The notes under the pieces are model-generated. The model was not told where the DNA came from. It did not search any database and was given only the letters and a program-made list of their open reading frames with translations. A stretch of DNA of 36,871 nt from Stramenopiles sp. TOSAG23-3 (Eukaryota), in NCBI GenBank assembly GCA_900128585.1, contig LT642194.1, positions 1-36,871 on the forward strand, written 5' to 3'. Shown piece after piece: positions 1 to 11,885 of this stretch. The position numbers were made by a program, and so were the translations under genes. The stretch's first letter is position 1. Each line of letters starts with the position of its first letter.

Positions 1-154
1 TTGAATTATGTAGTCAGTCCAATAACAATATCTCCTCACATATTGCGGATCGTACTTATAGTACAATTTTTTTAAGTTGCACATTTTTGTTTATTTTGGT
101 TAGCTTCAATATTTTTTTTTTGAAACCCTGTCTCCGCCTATAAAAACGTTTTTT

Positions 155-1968
155 TTAAAAAGACTCAAACCGTTTTCGGGCAGCAACAAGCTGTTTACAG
201 AATATGATCCCAGCTGGCACGGCTGTCAAAAGCGTCAGAATTCCCATTAACATGTGAGCTGATCCGAAACATTGTGCTCCACAGCAAGTGTTTTTGTCGT
301 TTGGGTAGCTCGGGTTTTCCTCATAGGCTTTCTGGTAATATGGGTGTACGATCGCAGAATTAAAAATTAAACTGGCAAAACCGGCTGAAAGATACAGAGT
401 CGAAAGAAGCGTGCCGTAGTATTTCGAATTACCAAACATGTCCAAACTGAGTGGGCCGAGCACACACCACGACATTCCAAAAACTACCGAAGCAATTGAG
501 ACCCCAGCTTTAAGGCTTACCGAAGGCGAGTTTGCTTCTGTACCCGCAATAACAAGTTGGGATGCCCCCAGAAGGATAAGGCCAACAACATAGAATATGC
601 TTCTAGGCATCTTACAGTTTCTTACCAAACTATCCTGCGCCATTCCAGTGACAATGCGCCCTGCAACACCACTTAAGGCAATTAGAGAAAGCATTTCAGA
701 AAGTTTTACAGCATCTCCGCCCAGAGAAGCGTTTATTTGAGCGATGGAAAAGATCATAACCGTTGATGCCCCATTACAACCAAAGAAAGAAATAAACAGC
801 ATCCAAAAGTCAACAGAAAAAAGGGTCCGAAAATAACTTCCCAGTCGAGAAATATTTTTGACCGCTTGAGTATTTGAATATGCCGTCTCCGTCATTTTTT
901 TCCAATTTTCACTGTCATATGTACTCAGCCTATCATTTTTGGGCTTGTAATTTGTTGAGAACGGAAACGTGTACATGCACAGAAGGAGAAGTGCAAACAG
1001 GAGAGCCAAGTCTTCTGACGGATTCAAAACACCTTGAACCTCTAACAAGGTCACGCCACAAGCAAAGGCCAAAACAAGAAGGGTAAAACCATAGTTTGCA
1101 TAAACCTTCCTTCTTCCACCATTTCCTAGCTTGACGCCTTCGGGTGGGGCTGCAATCCGCAAAAATGAAGAAGCACCGAGTCCAACCACTAAGTATAGAA
1201 ACGAAAAGAACAGAAACACCCTCATTCCGGAACCACCTAAATCTGCCTGGGTTGGCTGGTTGGTTGCTGCTGCGCTATTGTTGCTCCCGAGGTTTGCGTT
1301 GTATTGACCACCAGAACATGAGGCGGACGATGATGTTTTGCTTTTATCGCCAAAGAAAGCATTATACAACATACTCAAAGAGAAAGGTCCAACGCTCGCT
1401 TGAATGGTCCCGAGGCTAAACACCAAACCTTTGTCGTTTGGGAAATTCGTAAAAATTGCCTGTGCACTAGCAACATCAATTATTGTGGCGGCTTGACAGG
1501 CAAGGAGAAGGGAGCCGTACAAAAGCCAAACGGCCCGCCCGAAAACTCCACTTGTTGCAAGGAACATACCGAAATAGCCGACGGCGCCGGCGAGAGATCC
1601 GTACATTGCCGTTTTTATGGTTCCGAATTTGTCTAAAAGAAGTCCACCTGGGATGTAAAAGAACTTGTTAGTACAGCAAACTCCGACGTTGTCAGGGCCA
1701 TTTTTTTCTTCAACGCTTCGCTGTAAACTGAAAAAGCCAGCGGGAACGAATACAAAAATTCGATATACAACGACGATGTTAAACTCTTCCATTTATCAAA
1801 ATTTATGGCTATTTTATAGACTTTTAACTTGCTTCCATCTGAAACATGGAACGATGCCCTGCCCGTTGCCACTGACATCTGGGCTGAGTTCATTGGTCGG
1901 GCGATAGAAAGACTTGCCGATCCAGTATCATCGTCCAGCGCAGCATAAGCAAAATCTTGTGCCTCCAT
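155..1968 (-). CDS. Nodulin-like / Mch1-OFA-type MFS transporter, split by a frameshift near 1657-1663 (possible pseudogene allele or assembly error)
   Basis: ORF 1633..1986 (first ATG at 1968) encodes the family TM1 region KWKSLTSSLYIEFLYSFPLAFSVYSEALKKK. ORF 155..1792 continues in another frame with GGLLLDKFG (motif A-like), NFPNDKG, FWMLFISFFGCNG, GRIVTGMAQD and a C-terminal CCGAQCF, with many hydrophobic helices. Confidence 0.85.
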
Positions 1969-2737
1969 GTTGGATAAACAAAGCAAACGACTTTAGGGTT
2001 TTACACCAAATCAAATCCCTTCCTTCCTTTTCTGTTCCCGTTCCTGGCTGAATTATGATGGAGATGATACGAAAATCGTTTTATTAAAATACTAATAACT
2101 ATGTAATTGGCACCCATACCTTCGTCGAAATGTACGGTTAACGCCTTTCTGGCGGCATTGTCGTACGTTATATGATGATGATGATAAACAATATTATTGA
2201 TGACGACATCATTCATCATTTTTTTTTAAATGATGATATTGGATGATGTACGTATTAATATTTATTATAATAAGTATGAAGAAGAGGGTGGGGAAGAGAA
2301 GTGGTGTGTAGGAGGTATTATAATAAATATGAGATGTAAATAAATAAAATCCATTTTATTTTCTTCTTCTCCTCTGACTTCCTATGTTATAATTTAAATA
2401 TTGATGAAGTTCGTTCCAGTTCCTGTACAGGTACCTGGTATTACCGTACCGGTATAATACGAAATACCGGTGACCGGCGGAACGAAAGAAGTAGTAGAAA
2501 GAAAGACGATTACTATTATTGAAAATGCTGCTGTGATGATGTTAAAACGTTGGCCAATGATGTTCATTTTTTTTATATGATCGATTCTTCTTCTTCTGGA
2601 AAAGAAAGATTCGCAAACAAGTAGGTTTTTCGATTTTGTCAAATTAAGCTTAAGAAAATTATTTAGTTTGATAAAACTGAGAGTGATGATTGAAATGATA
2701 AGCTATCTTCTGACACTTTTGAATCGCTTGTTTAGCC

Positions 2738-3223
2738 ATGACTAATACCCAGGATAATATGTTTGAGAAACAGCTCACAGACTGCAAGCACTTAATTGCC
2801 AGCTCCGTAGTCGTCGGCAATATTCTGTATGGAGTGCGGGGTTTTCAAAATTTGCCACCGCTGCCATCAAGGCCGACTCAGATCGAACGCCGGCGGAGAA
2901 TTATAACGGTAGCCCAGCGATCTTTTGGGGGAGGTCTTAGAGTTGGAGGGTTAATTGGGTCGTGCTTGCTGTGCGACTATGGGCTGCAGCGACTGCGCAA
3001 CGTGGAGCAGAACGACAAGGTAAACAAAGTGTTGGCAGGGGCGTTCGCTGGTGGTTTGTTTTCGCTTTTCTTAGGCGGTGGACCCGCAGTTGCTGTCTCC
3101 GGGTCACTGTCCCTGGCTAGTCTTGGCCTTTTGTACCAAATGAGCATGGACACTTTCCAATACATTGACGACCAGGTTGCTTCGAAAGAAGAAAGCGTAG
3201 CTGTGGAAAAGGAAGACTCGTAG
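2738..3223 (+). CDS. Tim17/Tim22/Tim23-family mitochondrial inner-membrane protein (subfamily unresolved, could be NDUFA11/TIMMDC1-like)
   Basis: 161 aa with Gly-rich TM helices and the family-type segment CDYGLQRLRNVEQNDKVNKVLAGAFAGGLF; GCCATG start context. Confidence 0.7.
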   Translation: MTNTQDNMFEKQLTDCKHLIASSVVVGNILYGVRGFQNLPPLPSRPTQIERRRRIITVAQRSFGGGLRVGGLIGSCLLCDYGLQRLRNVEQNDKVNKVLAGAFAGGLFSLFLGGGPAVAVSGSLSLASLGLLYQMSMDTFQYIDDQVASKEESVAVEKEDS

Positions 3224-3580
3224 CCCGGAGGCCCACTGAGGGGGCCATTGTTTTGAGTTTTATGTGAGGACTCAGTGTACATAACTTCATCATAATTTTT
3301 GTTAGATTTTTATCGCACACTGGTAGACGAAGAAATAGTGTGCGGTAGGTCGTGCGAAAGTGATCGCGCGTATGTCTTGTGCTTGTCGTTAAAAATACGT
3401 AAGAAAAACATAACATATAATAAAAATATGTTCTCGCGTAATAATAGAACGTTGGTGAAGAAAACATACTGTTTGTGTCATTTTACGCGTTGTGTAAAAG
3501 GTTTTCAAGAAATTGTGCTTTGTCCGTGCAAGTGAACAATTCTCTTGCTGCTCTCGCGATATTTTAGTCACTCACCACTC

Positions 3581-5446
3581 TCAAAAACGGTGCCTCCCAA
3601 AGCCGCTAACTCCTCCTTCACTGCTATTGTTTGATCCAAAGCCGGACGTGCCAGCAAAACCGCCGCCCATACTACTCGGACCAAAGCCTCCGCCGCCCGC
3701 CTTACCACCTAATTTCGATGGCTCAAACCCGCCCCCGCCGGCATTCGAGTTGTAATTCCCTCCACCTAAAACACCGGCACCGGCGGCGGTAAACTTCCGA
3801 CGCCCCCCAGAGCGTTGGGACCGCGTTGACGGGACGTAGCCCCCCGGCTGGTACCCCCTGTTTCCACCAGACGGTGGGGCGGCACCAAAGCCGCCGTCAT
3901 TAAAACTGCCCGGCACTGGGCTGGGGGTCGCTCCCCCGGCTTTGCCTGGGCCATAGCGAGCCTGGCGAGCGTACCGACTAGTGGTCTGGTTGGTGTCGTT
4001 GTTTCCACCGAACGACGAAGAAGACGGGTTTCCAAAACCACCAAAATTATTATTACTATTTGCCGACGGGCCGCCCAAAGGCCCCGCCCCACCATTGTTT
4101 CCTCCGCGCCCAAAACTTGGCTGGTAGCCTCCCCCACTATTGTTGTTGGCACCGAACGCAGACGACGACGAACCGAAGCCGCCCCCAGACGGCTTGCTCC
4201 CGAAGCCGCCGCCGTACGACGATGGCTGGCCAAAGCCACCCCCGCCGCCGCTGGAAAAGTCACTCTTGTTGTTGCCGAACTGGCTCGCCCCGTACTGTTT
4301 CGGGGGGCTTGTTTTCTTGGCAGCGTTGCTTGCTGCCCCGAACGAGTAACCGGCGTTTGCGCCGCTGTTGTTGGCTGGGCTGCTGGACCCACCGAACCCA
4401 CCGCTCCCCCCGGTACTGCCGGCAAACGGGTCGTTGTTCCCCGAACCGAGCCCGCCCCCGGCGGCGTTGTTTCCCATCGGTTTGGCGGGGGACAGTTCCT
4501 TCTTCCCGAACCCGGGCGAGCCGGCGGGAGGGCGCTGAATTCCGGAGGATTCCATTTCGAGCGTCGGCCCGCCCGGCGTGGACGTCATGTTCACCTGAAA
4601 GAACGGGTACTGCAGGCACTGCGATGCCGTCGGCCGTTTGTGCGGGTCGAACTGGAGCATGTCTTGGATCAACTGTATGGCCTCCGGGCTGGCGTTGGGG
4701 ATCAGCGAGTTGAGGGGCGTTGGAACGAACTGCGGGAACCGAAAGTTCATTTGGGCCGCTAGCTTGATGCCCTGGGGCCACGACTTATTGCTCGGGGAGC
4801 CGAGGACGGAGCAAATCTTGTAGATCTGGTCTGCTTCGCTACTCCCGGGGAACAAGGGGCGCAGCGTGTAGAGCTCTGCCATCATGCACCCAACTGCAAA
4901 CACGTCGATCGGCGAGTTGTACGCCGTCGACCGCAGGAGGACCTCTGGCGCGCGGTACCATCGGGTGGACACGTAGTCCGTGTAGGGCGGGCGAGATCGA
5001 ATCTCCCGGGCCAACCCAAAGTCGGCAATCTTTACGGTGTCGCCCTTTACCAGCATGTTCTCTGGTTTGATGTCGCGGTGGAAAAAGCCGTGCTTGTGCA
5101 TGAACGCGAGGCCCTGGAGCAGCTGGTAGACGACGTTTCGAATACGCGCCTCCGGGAACGACCGGTCCCTGTTCTTAGTAATTTCGTACAGGTTGGCTTC
5201 CATGAACTCAAAGACGAAGAAAAGTTCGTCGTTTTCTCGGATGACCTCTTTCAGCTTCACGATGTTGGGGTGGTTTAGTTTCTTCAAACTGTTGACCTCG
5301 CGGAGTTGCATGCACTCCTCCCAGGTGTAGAACTTCTTCTTCATCTTCTTTATTGCCACCACTTCGTGCGTGGACCGGTTCACCGCCTTCAAGACAGAAC
5401 CGTAGGTCCCGTCCCCCAACTGTTTCGTGACTTTGTACCTATTCAT
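3581..5446 (-). CDS. MAK: MAK/ICK (RCK family) Ser/Thr kinase with a Gly-rich low-complexity tail
   Basis: [75 protein letters not shown] (TDY activation loop). Confidence 0.95.
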   Translation of the reverse strand: MNRYKVTKQLGDGTYGSVLKAVNRSTHEVVAIKKMKKKFYTWEECMQLREVNSLKKLNHPNIVKLKEVIRENDELFFVFEFMEANLYEITKNRDRSFPEARIRNVVYQLLQGLAFMHKHGFFHRDIKPENMLVKGDTVKIADFGLAREIRSRPPYTDYVSTRWYRAPEVLLRSTAYNSPIDVFAVGCMMAELYTLRPLFPGSSEADQIYKICSVLGSPSNKSWPQGIKLAAQMNFRFPQFVPTPLNSLIPNASPEAIQLIQDMLQFDPHKRPTASQCLQYPFFQVNMTSTPGGPTLEMESSGIQRPPAGSPGFGKKELSPAKPMGNNAAGGGLGSGNNDPFAGSTGGSGGFGGSSSPANNSGANAGYSFGAASNAAKKTSPPKQYGASQFGNNKSDFSSGGGGGFGQPSSYGGGFGSKPSGGGFGSSSSAFGANNNSGGGYQPSFGRGGNNGGAGPLGGPSANSNNNFGGFGNPSSSSFGGNNDTNQTTSRYARQARYGPGKAGGATPSPVPGSFNDGGFGAAPPSGGNRGYQPGGYVPSTRSQRSGGRRKFTAAGAGVLGGGNYNSNAGGGGFEPSKLGGKAGGGGFGPSSMGGGFAGTSGFGSNNSSEGGVSGFGRHRF

Positions 5447-6308
5447 TTTGATTTAGAGACGCCTTAAACTTCTGCCACAAACAAACGAAGACAATGAAAC
5501 GGAAAAACCTTCAAAAAGGGAAGGAAGGAACGGACGAACGAACGAACGGCAATAGAGCAAATAAACACAAACTGGTTGTAGGTTAGTGCTCTCTCTTTCT
5601 TTCTTCCTCTTTCTCTCGATTTTCCTCACGCACGCACGCACACACACACACACGAAACTATGCAAACGAGAATGTTTACTTTGTGGAAACGTGAGCCCAC
5701 TTTGTTGTTGTTTTGTTTATCTCCCTATCCTTCTTCTCTCATGCCCATGCTTGCCTTTCTCTCCAAATGAATATGAAATCACACGATTAGTTTTTTTATT
5801 ATTATTATCAATTGACCTCTCTTCAAATAGGTCATGCATTTTCATATACTAACCAATTACATCATACAGCATTCATTTGTTCATTCTTATTTGTACTTCA
5901 CAATTTGATGTCCTTTTTTTTTAAATAATAAAGTGCTCACAACTTTTTCAAATCAAACAAAGCAAGAGAGAAGAATTCAAACCACGCTTTAAATAATACC
6001 CTATGTAGTATAATATAAATATGTAGTTATATAAATAAAAGTCTATAAAATAAAAGGATTGAATTGCTTTCTTTTAATTTTCAAAGTATAATTTATTTGT
6101 AATCTTTTATTTCATTACCTATTTAATATTATATTATTATGTTGGTTTCTCCTTTTCGTTTTTCTTCTATACTCTTTACATGTATTTATTTATTTATTTG
6201 TTCTGTATTATTTGCATGTATTTATTTTATATTGGATTTTGGATTTTGCATAACGTTCAGTTCTTTCTTTCTTCTTCTTCTTCTTAGTCGTCTCGTCTCC
6301 TCTTTTAT

Positions 6309-6400
6309 TAGAAATAGAAATAAGTAGAAATAGAAATAAGTAGAAATAGAAATAAGTAGAAATAGAAATAGAAATAGAAATGAAATAAGTAGAAATAGAG
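6309..6400 (+). repeat. Minisatellite (TAGAAATAGAAATAAG)x3 followed by (TAGAAA)n
   Basis: Perfect 16-bp units at 6309, 6325 and 6341, then TAGAAA units to about 6400. Confidence 0.9.
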
Positions 6401-7208
6401 ATTCAAACTTCCTTTGCCATTGATATTAATATAAACACAGTGCACACAGTATTTAGTTATTAAAAAAATGAAAGAGGGAATTCAATTCTTCGACTCCTCG
6501 TAAACTAAACTAATAAAAAGTTGCAACGTACCCTACTCTACACTACGGTTATATGTAGTATAAATATTCCTATTTATGAGTATTTGTAAAGTTCCAATAG
6601 TTACATAGGAATCATAGTAGTGTATTAATATATACAAGTACGATGAGTTAGAGCTTTCACTTTTTTTTCTTTCATTTTTTTTACACAAGAAGAAAGAAGG
6701 TTCTTCTATATTTTTAACATAATCATAGCATGGATTATTATTTTCAAAAATCAATAAAAGAAGAAGTTACTTTTTTTATTACTGGATAAAGAAACAACAT
6801 CATCACAGCATCAACCACCCCCAGCCCAATAATAATAATATAATAAAAATAACATTGATTGAGAAGAGAAGGAGAGTTGATAAAGAAGAAGAAGATAGAA
6901 GGAGAACAAGAAGAAGAAGAAGATAAAGAAGAAGAAGAAGAAGAAGAAAAAAAATAATAAAAAAATACAGCACAATAAAAATGAGGATTAAGTTCCTTCG
7001 TACGACGACTCTTTTGAAAACGAAAGAAAAGTGATTCCAGAAGTGAGCAATATAAAACTAACAGGTTTTGGTTCACATGTTCACATCCTCGTATTGATTT
7101 TTCGTGTACAAACAGATACACAAGAAGAAACGCACTCCGTGTACATACATACGCGCGTAAATTATTTGAATTGATAGTTTTAGTTTAGTACAGTGCCAAC
7201 GACAAAAT

Positions 7209-8594
7209 ATGGTGGAAATGAGCCCAAAAGCCTTGAAAGGCATTTGCAAGACCCACAAACTTTACAGCACGGCGTACTTGAACGATAAGTTGTACTGCCA
7301 GTACAAAGGCTTTCGGGAGATACAAAACCTTGACGAGTACACTGGCCTGCGCTGCGTATGGCTAGAGGGCAACGGGTTCCAGAAGATCCAAGGCCTCGAA
7401 AAGTGCACCGAGCTGCGGACTTTGTACCTACACGAAAACTGCATTGACGTTATCGAGGGCCTGGACACGTTAGTTGACTTGGATACTTTGAATTTGAACA
7501 AGAACGGCATCGCGAAGGTCGAAAACCTGTCCATGCTCCCGAACCTTCACACGCTCCTTCTGTCCCACAACCGCCTCGAGGACTACGAGAGCCTCGAGCA
7601 CCTCAAGGACTGCAAATCGATCCAGTCGCTGGACATCCAGTCGAACCGCATCGACGACATCAAGGTGCTGGAAGTCTTCCAGGCCATGCCGGACCTGCGC
7701 GTCTTGTACCTGATGGGAAACCCGGTCGTGAAGAAAATCAAGAACTACCGGAAGCGTCTGACGTACATGTTGCCGCAGCTGAAGTACTTGGACGACCGCC
7801 CCGTCTTCCCCGACGACCGGCTGCGCGCCGAGGCCTACATGAAAGCGTTTGAAGAGGGGGGGATCAAGGCCGCCCAGGCGGCGGAGCGGGCGGAGATCAA
7901 GCGTCAGCGGGAGGAGAAGAGGGCGAAGGAAGAGCGCAATTTTCAGCAGTTCGAGGAGATGATGCGGGAGGCCCGGCTGACCAGGGAAGCGGAGAAGAAA
8001 GAGGAGGAGAAGAGAGAGGCCGCCCAGGTTGCGGAGGGCATCGCCCCCACGACAGAGCCCGTCGCCACGGCGGAGGAAGAGGCCAGCGCCATGGAAGACT
8101 TCATCATGGAACAGGCGGGGCCATATTTGACCGAGCAAGAGCGGGTCAGCCTTAAGGCGGAGCGCACGGTCGTGAAGAAGCCGCTGGCAAAGGCCGTGAA
8201 GATCGCCCAGAAAGGGGCCGTCAACCCCTTCAGCGGGGAAGAGGTTGTCCCGGCACTCGACTCGAACATTGTCACGGAAGCTCGGGCGGAGCGGATCAAG
8301 AATTTGATGAAAACGACGAACGATTTGACGGGCGCCCAAGCGCCGATCGCCCCCCCGGCGCCGACGACGGCCTCGTCCGCAACCATGCCCCCGCCCGCCC
8401 CATCCACCACCAACGCCGCTGCGGCAGCACCCCCGCTCCCACCGGCGACTGCTCCTACCGTCGTCGCAAAGGGGGCTGAAACAAACACGGAAAGCGACAT
8501 TTTTTGTGACGATGCGGAGGAAGACGAAGACGATTCGGGTTTGAAATTGCTGGAACAAGCGTATGTTACCACAGACGTCGATGGTTTGGATTGA
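7209..8594 (+). CDS. DNAAF1: Dynein axonemal assembly factor 1 (LRRC50/ODA7) homolog
   Basis: [51 protein letters not shown]22-like LRRs, LRRcap [25 protein letters not shown], coiled coil, acidic C-terminus. Confidence 0.93.
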   Translation: MVEMSPKALKGICKTHKLYSTAYLNDKLYCQYKGFREIQNLDEYTGLRCVWLEGNGFQKIQGLEKCTELRTLYLHENCIDVIEGLDTLVDLDTLNLNKNGIAKVENLSMLPNLHTLLLSHNRLEDYESLEHLKDCKSIQSLDIQSNRIDDIKVLEVFQAMPDLRVLYLMGNPVVKKIKNYRKRLTYMLPQLKYLDDRPVFPDDRLRAEAYMKAFEEGGIKAAQAAERAEIKRQREEKRAKEERNFQQFEEMMREARLTREAEKKEEEKREAAQVAEGIAPTTEPVATAEEEASAMEDFIMEQAGPYLTEQERVSLKAERTVVKKPLAKAVKIAQKGAVNPFSGEEVVPALDSNIVTEARAERIKNLMKTTNDLTGAQAPIAPPAPTTASSATMPPPAPSTTNAAAAAPPLPPATAPTVVAKGAETNTESDIFCDDAEEDEDDSGLKLLEQAYVTTDVDGLD

Positions 8595-9321
8595 TAAGCT
8601 ATTAGTGTAATAAATACGAAGAAATATACTACAGCTGTGACGATTGGATGAAAAAAAACCCGAGTAAAATTGTACTTACCTCTCTCTTTCTTGGTATGAT
8701 ATTATGAGAGTCGTCTTTAACCGTATATTATTGCCAATTATATATACTTTTATTTAATATTGGACTACGGTACTTCATTATATCAGAACCTGCGCAGCCT
8801 TTTTTTAGTATACGACTATAAAAATAAATATTATAATATTAATACTATTATTTATACCACGAGGGTAGTTCGTAGACCGACTACTATTATTATACCGGTC
8901 GGTAGTATTAATTAATTAATAGATGGAATTAAATTAAATTAATAGTCTTTCTTGTTGAATTCAAATATAAAAAAATTTTCACAATATAATAAAAAACCTC
9001 CTTCTTCTTCTTCTTCTTCCCTTCCTTCCTTTCAACAAAATTCACAAAGAAGAAAAAAACAACAATTATTATTATTTATTATTCTTCTTCTTCATCATCA
9101 ATTCAATTCTTCTTCTTCAAATTTTTTATTATGATGATTATTATTTATTAGTCTATATAAATATTATTAATAAACAATAAATACCGAACGAAAGAGTAGA
9201 AAAACAAAGGGCATTCCATTGTACACACACGAAAAAGAAGAAATAATTGCATTAGGTATTAGTCACTACTGTCTGTGTGTGTGTGTGTCATAGTTACAAC
9301 GAACAAATTTCAAACCAAACC

Positions 9322-10269
9322 ATGGCAGAGACAACGATAGAACAGTTGAACAAGCGTGCAAGGGGGTTGCTAGTGTCCATTTCTTGCCCGGCGTATGTGC
9401 TTCGGGACCCGAAACGGGGGCCAGACCGGAGGCGTTTGCTCCGGTGGCTTTACCTGAATTTTAGGTCGGTCCCGGACAATGGTGAGGCTGCGACAAAAGT
9501 TTCGATGGAGACGCTGAAGATGTGGGTCGAAAACATGGGAGTGCCGGGGCTAGACGTTGAGTCCGCCCATAGAAGTGCTGCAGTGCCGGAGAGTAGCGAG
9601 TCCCCGGAGACCGCGCTCAAAATAGAGAACGATTGCCTGCTCCTGATCCGTTTGATAGAAACGGTCGCTGCCAGCTCAATGCCAGGAAATGCTGAGTCTG
9701 ACCTGGACCTTATGAGCCTGATAACCTCCAACTACGATTCAGTTTTTTCCAAGGAATGCAACTTGTTTCCCATGGACCTAGAACATGTAGTCAATATGAA
9801 GGAGAGCTTAATCAACGATAAGGGCCAATACTTGGCAGAGGATACGGAAGGCTTGGAGACGATGGCGCATGAACTGCGTGCCGAGAACGTGCAGTTAAAG
9901 TACACGATTCAAGAGAAAATTAATGAAGGGTTCGAAAAGCAGCCCTCCACAACAGAGTTGGAGAAGATGGGGTCCCTCGCGTCGTCGAAACTGACAAACG
10001 CGTGCGATCGCTTGGTCAATGCGACGGACCGGTTCAACCGGTTTGCCCGCACAATGCTTGAGAAGTCGCTGACCAGCCAGGACAACGTCGTTCACGAGCC
10101 GTCCGATTATCCCGACTTTTCTGCCATTGGAAAAGGCGCTGCCGATACAAACAAAGAAATGCAGCAAGTCATCCGCACGCTGCAACTACTGAAGGATAGC
10201 CGCGAATCGTTCGAGTGCCTCGCTTATCAGGGCATGGAAAACTCCGCGCCGAATGTCGTCAGCCCGTAA
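9322..10269 (+). CDS. HAUS7: Augmin complex subunit 7 (AUG7/HAUS7) homolog
   Basis: Segments DRRRLLRWLY, LIETVAAS, DLDLMSLITSNYDSVFSKECNLFPMDL, ATDRFNR and IGKGA...LLKDSRES match my recollection of plant AUG7 in order and spacing. First ATG is at 9322 (ACCATGG); the ORF-track start is a GTG. Confidence 0.75.
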   Translation: MAETTIEQLNKRARGLLVSISCPAYVLRDPKRGPDRRRLLRWLYLNFRSVPDNGEAATKVSMETLKMWVENMGVPGLDVESAHRSAAVPESSESPETALKIENDCLLLIRLIETVAASSMPGNAESDLDLMSLITSNYDSVFSKECNLFPMDLEHVVNMKESLINDKGQYLAEDTEGLETMAHELRAENVQLKYTIQEKINEGFEKQPSTTELEKMGSLASSKLTNACDRLVNATDRFNRFARTMLEKSLTSQDNVVHEPSDYPDFSAIGKGAADTNKEMQQVIRTLQLLKDSRESFECLAYQGMENSAPNVVSP

Positions 10270-10410
10270 ATACAAAGTTCGATGCAAAGTTCGAGTAATC
10301 TTCATGCAAATACACTTAATAAACAAATTTTTATAGTATGCTTAATAAATATATTGTGTAAGATACCGTAAATACATATACGTATGCATTACGTTTGGTT
10401 CCGCAAAATC

Positions 10411-11658
10411 TTATTTCTCGTTCGAGCCTTCAGCGTCGTCTGTTACACTGACGCTTTTGGGAAAGTCTGAGTCTATGGCGACCTGGTACAGGTAATTGTC
10501 ATCGTTGTAGAATAAATTGCTATTGATTGGGTCAAACGTGCACTGGTAAGGGTAGCCCATAGCAAAACTATGGTTCGTGCTCAGGGCGGCGGGAATCCGT
10601 ATCGTCTTGTAAATGGCGCCAGCCTTCCAAATTCGGGCCGTGTTGTCCCGGCAAAGAAAGACAATGCCCGTCCGAACAACGCAAAAGCAAATGATTCGTG
10701 AATCCAGGGACAACGGTGGGTAGGCTTCCTCGTACGTTCCGGTGCGGTAAATCGTTACGGTTCTATCCATTTCGACAATGCAAATCAGGGAAGGCTCCTC
10801 GTCGTTCACTTTGTCGTACAAAAATTGGTAACCCCACGGGGCACGGCCATCGCGATACGAGATAGTCAAGCCGTCGCACTCGCCGGACGAATCGTTGTCG
10901 TTGGCGGGCCTGGCAAAGGGGGGCTCCGTCGGCAACTCCTGCACTGTAACGAACACTTCGTCCCCTGCGTATTCGTCCTGGGGCGTGTCTACGATGGCAA
11001 TTTTCTTCCCATCGAACGCTGCGACCAGCGCGGTGCCGTTGTAGTGTAGAACATCCGGGCTTATCTCCACCTCGACCTGGTTCGACAAATTGATGAAGAA
11101 AGACGGGAGGTTGCTCCTTGTGCAAAGCACCTTCTTTTTGTGCTGAAGAGTGTAGGACTCGTAGTACGATCTATATTGGCGAGCGTTCGACGCAAAAGGA
11201 AACGTCATCACGGACGATTTGTTCTTCAGGGTAATCTTTAATACCCGGCGGTTGCCGACCGAAACGAAACAGTCCGACCCGTCGCAGTGGAGCCCGCTAA
11301 TTTTTTCGTCTAAAATAGAGCACACTTTGATCCGCTTCCAAGACAATATTGAGGTCACAACTTTGCTATCGCCCTTGCTATTCAACACGCTTCGCTGCTG
11401 TTTCCAACCGAAAGAGTTGCTCCGCTTCCCTCCCCCTTCTTCGATATCGCTTGTTCCCGAAGCAGTCGCTTCCTGCGCGCCGGATTCCCTGGAGAAAATC
11501 AATACCCGTCCATTAACATGTCCCAAAAGAACAGATCCTCTCAACCCCGACTGCTCTTCCCCGCAAGAGCAAGTTTCCAAGCAAGTCACCGGATTTCCAT
11601 AAAAGGGTCCATAAACGACGGAACCCTCGGCCGCTTTAGAGTCCACCACAGCAGCCAT
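10411..11658 (-). CDS. Uncharacterised protein, probably a divergent beta-propeller (WD40-like)
   Basis: 415-aa open frame with coding-like composition and repeated short strand motifs (VTCLET, LLGHVNGRVLIF, MDRTVTIY, CRDNTARIW); first ATG at 11658. Confidence 0.6.
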   Translation of the reverse strand: MAAVVDSKAAEGSVVYGPFYGNPVTCLETCSCGEEQSGLRGSVLLGHVNGRVLIFSRESGAQEATASGTSDIEEGGGKRSNSFGWKQQRSVLNSKGDSKVVTSILSWKRIKVCSILDEKISGLHCDGSDCFVSVGNRRVLKITLKNKSSVMTFPFASNARQYRSYYESYTLQHKKKVLCTRSNLPSFFINLSNQVEVEISPDVLHYNGTALVAAFDGKKIAIVDTPQDEYAGDEVFVTVQELPTEPPFARPANDNDSSGECDGLTISYRDGRAPWGYQFLYDKVNDEEPSLICIVEMDRTVTIYRTGTYEEAYPPLSLDSRIICFCVVRTGIVFLCRDNTARIWKAGAIYKTIRIPAALSTNHSFAMGYPYQCTFDPINSNLFYNDDNYLYQVAIDSDFPKSVSVTDDAEGSNEK

Positions 11659-11885
11659 TTCACACACACTTTACCTCACAGAATTTACCTGAAAATTTCC
11701 TTTCTTTTTTCTAGGAAACACTTCACTCACTATCTAGTTTCTTCTGAATCAGTTTAGGCCATCATGTTTTAGTTTGGTTGGTTTTCGATTATCTCAAAAT
11801 GCAAATTAATTAATTTAATAATTGTGTAAAATATTATTATTATAATATTATTAAATAATAAAATAATAATAATAATTATTTTTTT

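Noticed and set aside
1649-1675. Minus-strand GTACTAAC...CCCAG resembling a mini-intron with a TACTAAC branch point
   Set aside because: It is 27 nt, so it cannot correct the frameshift; the branch point overlaps the donor; removal would delete more conserved sequence.
1993-2001. TTAGGGTTT telomere/telo-box-like unit (also at 28462)
   Set aside because: Single isolated units, no array; insufficient evidence for telomeric or regulatory function.
6309-6400. Regular repeat considered as a CRISPR-like array
   Set aside because: No unique spacers; it is a simple minisatellite in a eukaryotic context.
7470-8558. 362-aa antisense ORF, and similar shadow ORFs over MAK, ALDH and the TPR gene
   Set aside because: Expected by-product of GC-rich codon usage on the opposite strand; no recognisable motifs.
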